The notes beneath the pieces were generated by a model. The model saw only the letters and a program-made list of their open reading frames with translations. It had not been told where the DNA came from and searched no databases. A stretch of 64,000 nucleotides of DNA from Hydrolagus affinis (Eukaryota). The stretch covers positions 1-64,000 of the forward strand of contig JAAILG010000009.1 of assembly GCA_012026655.1 (NCBI GenBank). The letters run 5' to 3'. Below, one piece after another: positions 61,357-64,000 of the stretch. Every line of letters starts with the position of its first letter. Position 1 is the stretch's first letter. The translations under genes were made by a program, and so were the position numbers.

Positions 61357-63087
61357 ATGCCTTTTGCTGACACTGTGATCCTCACCATATCAAGTGACCG
61401 GCCGGTCAACATCCGGAGGGATGACCAGCCCACCACCAATGCTCACAACAAGTGCATCAGCATCCGCTGCCACTCACGCAACCTCAGGCTCCGGATCAGC
61501 GCCGAGTCAAAACGCGGCGCCCAAGTCCGCGTTGCGCAAAGGAAACGCATTTCCTCCTCCCGGAGTCGCGCCCGCAAGAGGTCCCGTACTTGTCCCAGAT
61601 TGACCTCCGGGAGACACACTCGCCGCCGTTCTCCGCCGGTGTCCGCCGGCCCCCTCCGCCGGCGACCCCTTCCCTCCAAATGCGCTCGAAGGAAACCCAA
61701 GCGATCGCTTTGCGGGAGGAGCCCGCGTCCCACGGCGGGCGGCTTCTCAAGTCGGAAGAAACGCAGGCGCCTCCTCAAACCCCCTGGAAATCCGTGCCCG
61801 ACCCCCGTCTTGCCTTCCCCCAAACGGAGGAAGCGTAGGTTGTCCAAGAGATACGCTCGGCAGAGGCGAGAGCCAAGTCCCAATCCCACCACCAGTGGGA
61901 TGTCAACGCCGAGGCAGTGTCTCTGCTTCGTTACCACTACTCTGGACAACCGCACCCCTTTTCCAGCCGGTGCCTCCCGGCATTGCACCTGCCCAGCTTC
62001 CCTCCGACAACCCTTCTCCAAACCGCGGGTTCGGAGGCCGATCCAACCCCCACCCGACTTGTCGGGAGGAACCAGCCGCGATCCCGAAAGGGCTGCCGTC
62101 CAATTCACCCAGTCGGCTTTCAGAAAATGCGAGGAGACGTTTAGGAACGTCATGGGGGCTCTGAGGATCACCAGCCCCCCTCCCACTGCTCACAACCCGT
62201 GCAACCGCGCCTGCGATCCGGTCCTGAGAAAGTGTCTGCCAACTGGGAATCCTCAGCCACACAAAATGCCCTGCGGGACCCCTCACCCCGCCACCTCCGA
62301 TAGAAGCGTCCAATGTAGTCGCCATCCCTCTCCTCCGAGCAACTGTGAACGTTTGATCCCAGAAACCAGGGTTGAGGCTTTTAGCCAGACCGGGCTCCCC
62401 TCCTCCCCCCACCGCGGGCTCCCGACTCGGCCCAAGCGCAAGAGGGCTGCAGATCCCGTGGTCCACATCTGCTGCGTCACTGGGACTTCCTCGTTCGCGT
62501 CGCCTCCACCCGAGGAACCGGCCGGCAGCAAGAGCAACCTGGAATCCCCGTCAAGGGATTCAACCCCCCGGAGGTTTGGCCGTCAGAGACGCCTCCCCAA
62601 ACGGGAGAAACAGACCTGTCCAAGGTGCCTGAAACCTACATACAGGAGCTTCCCGGTTTACTTGGCGGAAACGTGCCTCGGGCCTCAGGATTTGGCCTCG
62701 GTCCCGCCTGTCAACTCACAGGACCAGACGAGCTGGAGACAGAACGAGCCGAAGCCTGGATGTGACCCATGTACCACGTCCCCACGATCAGTTTCGGAAA
62801 TATTTTACATGCCACCGAAACCCTCTAAGACCGTCAGAAATTCCAGTGAAACTATGTGGTGTAGCTCCCCTCAACCCGGTACCATCAGGTTTTGTAAATC
62901 TGCTGAACCCAGTGCGGTGAAATCCTGCAGCCCGGCAGCCCCCAGCTCAATGACCTCGTATGCCTCTTCCAAACCCAGTACATCCACCATCTTCATGTCT
63001 CCGGAGATGTGCCTTTTCACTCCAAACCCCGCCTCGGTTCCTCGCAACACATCACCAGATAACTACCCGAGAACGTGTCAAACCTAA
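61357..63087 (+). CDS. Cluster gene G: 576-aa Arg/Cys/Pro-rich ORF with only a remnant of the ACD
   Basis: Long GC-rich ORF. N-terminal DTVILTISSDRPVNI aligns with the last ACD strands of C, D and F; upstream motif near-identical to gene A's; AATAAA at 63442-63447. Confidence 0.65.
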   Translation: MPFADTVILTISSDRPVNIRRDDQPTTNAHNKCISIRCHSRNLRLRISAESKRGAQVRVAQRKRISSSRSRARKRSRTCPRLTSGRHTRRRSPPVSAGPLRRRPLPSKCARRKPKRSLCGRSPRPTAGGFSSRKKRRRLLKPPGNPCPTPVLPSPKRRKRRLSKRYARQRREPSPNPTTSGMSTPRQCLCFVTTTLDNRTPFPAGASRHCTCPASLRQPFSKPRVRRPIQPPPDLSGGTSRDPERAAVQFTQSAFRKCEETFRNVMGALRITSPPPTAHNPCNRACDPVLRKCLPTGNPQPHKMPCGTPHPATSDRSVQCSRHPSPPSNCERLIPETRVEAFSQTGLPSSPHRGLPTRPKRKRAADPVVHICCVTGTSSFASPPPEEPAGSKSNLESPSRDSTPRRFGRQRRLPKREKQTCPRCLKPTYRSFPVYLAETCLGPQDLASVPPVNSQDQTSWRQNEPKPGCDPCTTSPRSVSEIFYMPPKPSKTVRNSSETMWCSSPQPGTIRFCKSAEPSAVKSCSPAAPSSMTSYASSKPSTSTIFMSPEMCLFTPNPASVPRNTSPDNYPRTCQT

Positions 63088-64000
63088 AGTACAACTTCCA
63101 CCAGGACTTTGGGCACCCGCTCTGAACCTGACCTCATCTCAGAAGACACGAGTGGGCTGAAAGCCAGGACAGTTTAACGGCTGGAGTGGTCCAGGCTTCC
63201 TCTGGGAAGCTAAGGAAATATGTCACACACGCAAACACACACAAAAAAAGAGTCAAACCAGCCAAGCCCACCTCACCAAGAGACGAGGCTCACATTTATG
63301 CCGTGGTTCCGGGAAAGATGGATTGTTTGGAACTTAGAATATGCTGAAGGAAGAGGCAATTTCTGAAATTACTGTCAAAAAATTACATTAATTTGGAACT
63401 GTAATTAAAAGAAAGCAGAAACTCGTCAATCGAGCCATCAAAATAAAACAAACAAACTTGAAGTTTATAGCGGTTATTCATAATAGTTTATATTTATTTA
63501 GTTATTCACTTCTCCCCCTCGTTTATCTGAAAAGCCAATGCGGCCAATCGGAAAAGCCTAATGTAATGCATTACTGTGGACATAACCGTTGTGATGTTGT
63601 AATGTTCACGTCAAGTTAAAGTTTGTTAAATGTAAAAGTTAAGTTCTTGAAGTGGGCTCCTTGTCCAGCCCTTTGCCCACTTTACAATCCTTCTGCACCA
63701 CGTGGACTCAATGTAAATGAAACTGAACCTATTTTATCAACCCTTTTGTTTGTGTTTTGCCTTGGTTCAACTTTAGGCTCGGAGAATTAAATTGACAGGT
63801 CTCGGATAATGGCATGCTTCAGTTGGTGGCTGGGATATGTGCAACAAAGGGTTTGGTTGACTCCGCGTCCAATGTTTCCACCTTATTGGCCTTGCATGGT
63901 CTCACAAACTCCATCACCTTGAATCCCTTCCCTTCATCCCCCCCACAACCCCAGCTCGGGTCTGAAACACTGAATGTCCAGCGCCTTGGGACGTCCTCCC

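Noticed and set aside
61443-62537. Long - strand and alternative-frame ORFs overlapping gene G
   Set aside because: Expected in GC-rich sequence; the upstream motif, ACD remnant and poly(A) signal all favour the + strand 576-aa frame.
1-64000. CRISPR arrays, rRNA or prokaryotic defence systems
   Set aside because: The window is eukaryotic intron/exon DNA; the recurring short motifs are dispersed SINE/LINE tails, not regularly spaced repeats.

Overview
Vertebrate genomic DNA, probably a cartilaginous fish (inferred from Deu-domain SINEs, tRNA-headed SINEs with L2-type tails and CR1 fragments). The left half holds three spliced genes whose exons I could reconstruct with GT-AG boundaries and matching phases: SNX21 (+), ACOT8 (-, ends in the PTS1 signal SKL) and NEURL2 (-, NHR domain plus SOCS box). 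This is the gene order known from human 20q13.12. The right half (about 36.3-63.5 kb) holds a tandem cluster of seven apparently intronless, strongly diverged genes. Six encode a recognisable alpha-crystallin (small heat-shock protein) domain that by eye resembles ODF1/HSPB10 and Hsp30/HSPB9; the seventh carries only a decayed remnant of it. Each is fused to a different low-complexity tail: PPADPL repeats, Ser/Thr/Arg-rich, a roughly 2000-aa repeat tail, or Arg/Cys/Pro protamine-like. Four genes face left and three face right. Six share an upstream motif (TGTGATCTCACGCTTACAAAC..GTGGCGTAAGCAAAT), and each has its own candidate poly(A) signal. My working hypothesis, which is inference only, is a lineage-specific, co-regulated family of sperm or other structural sHSP-domain proteins.
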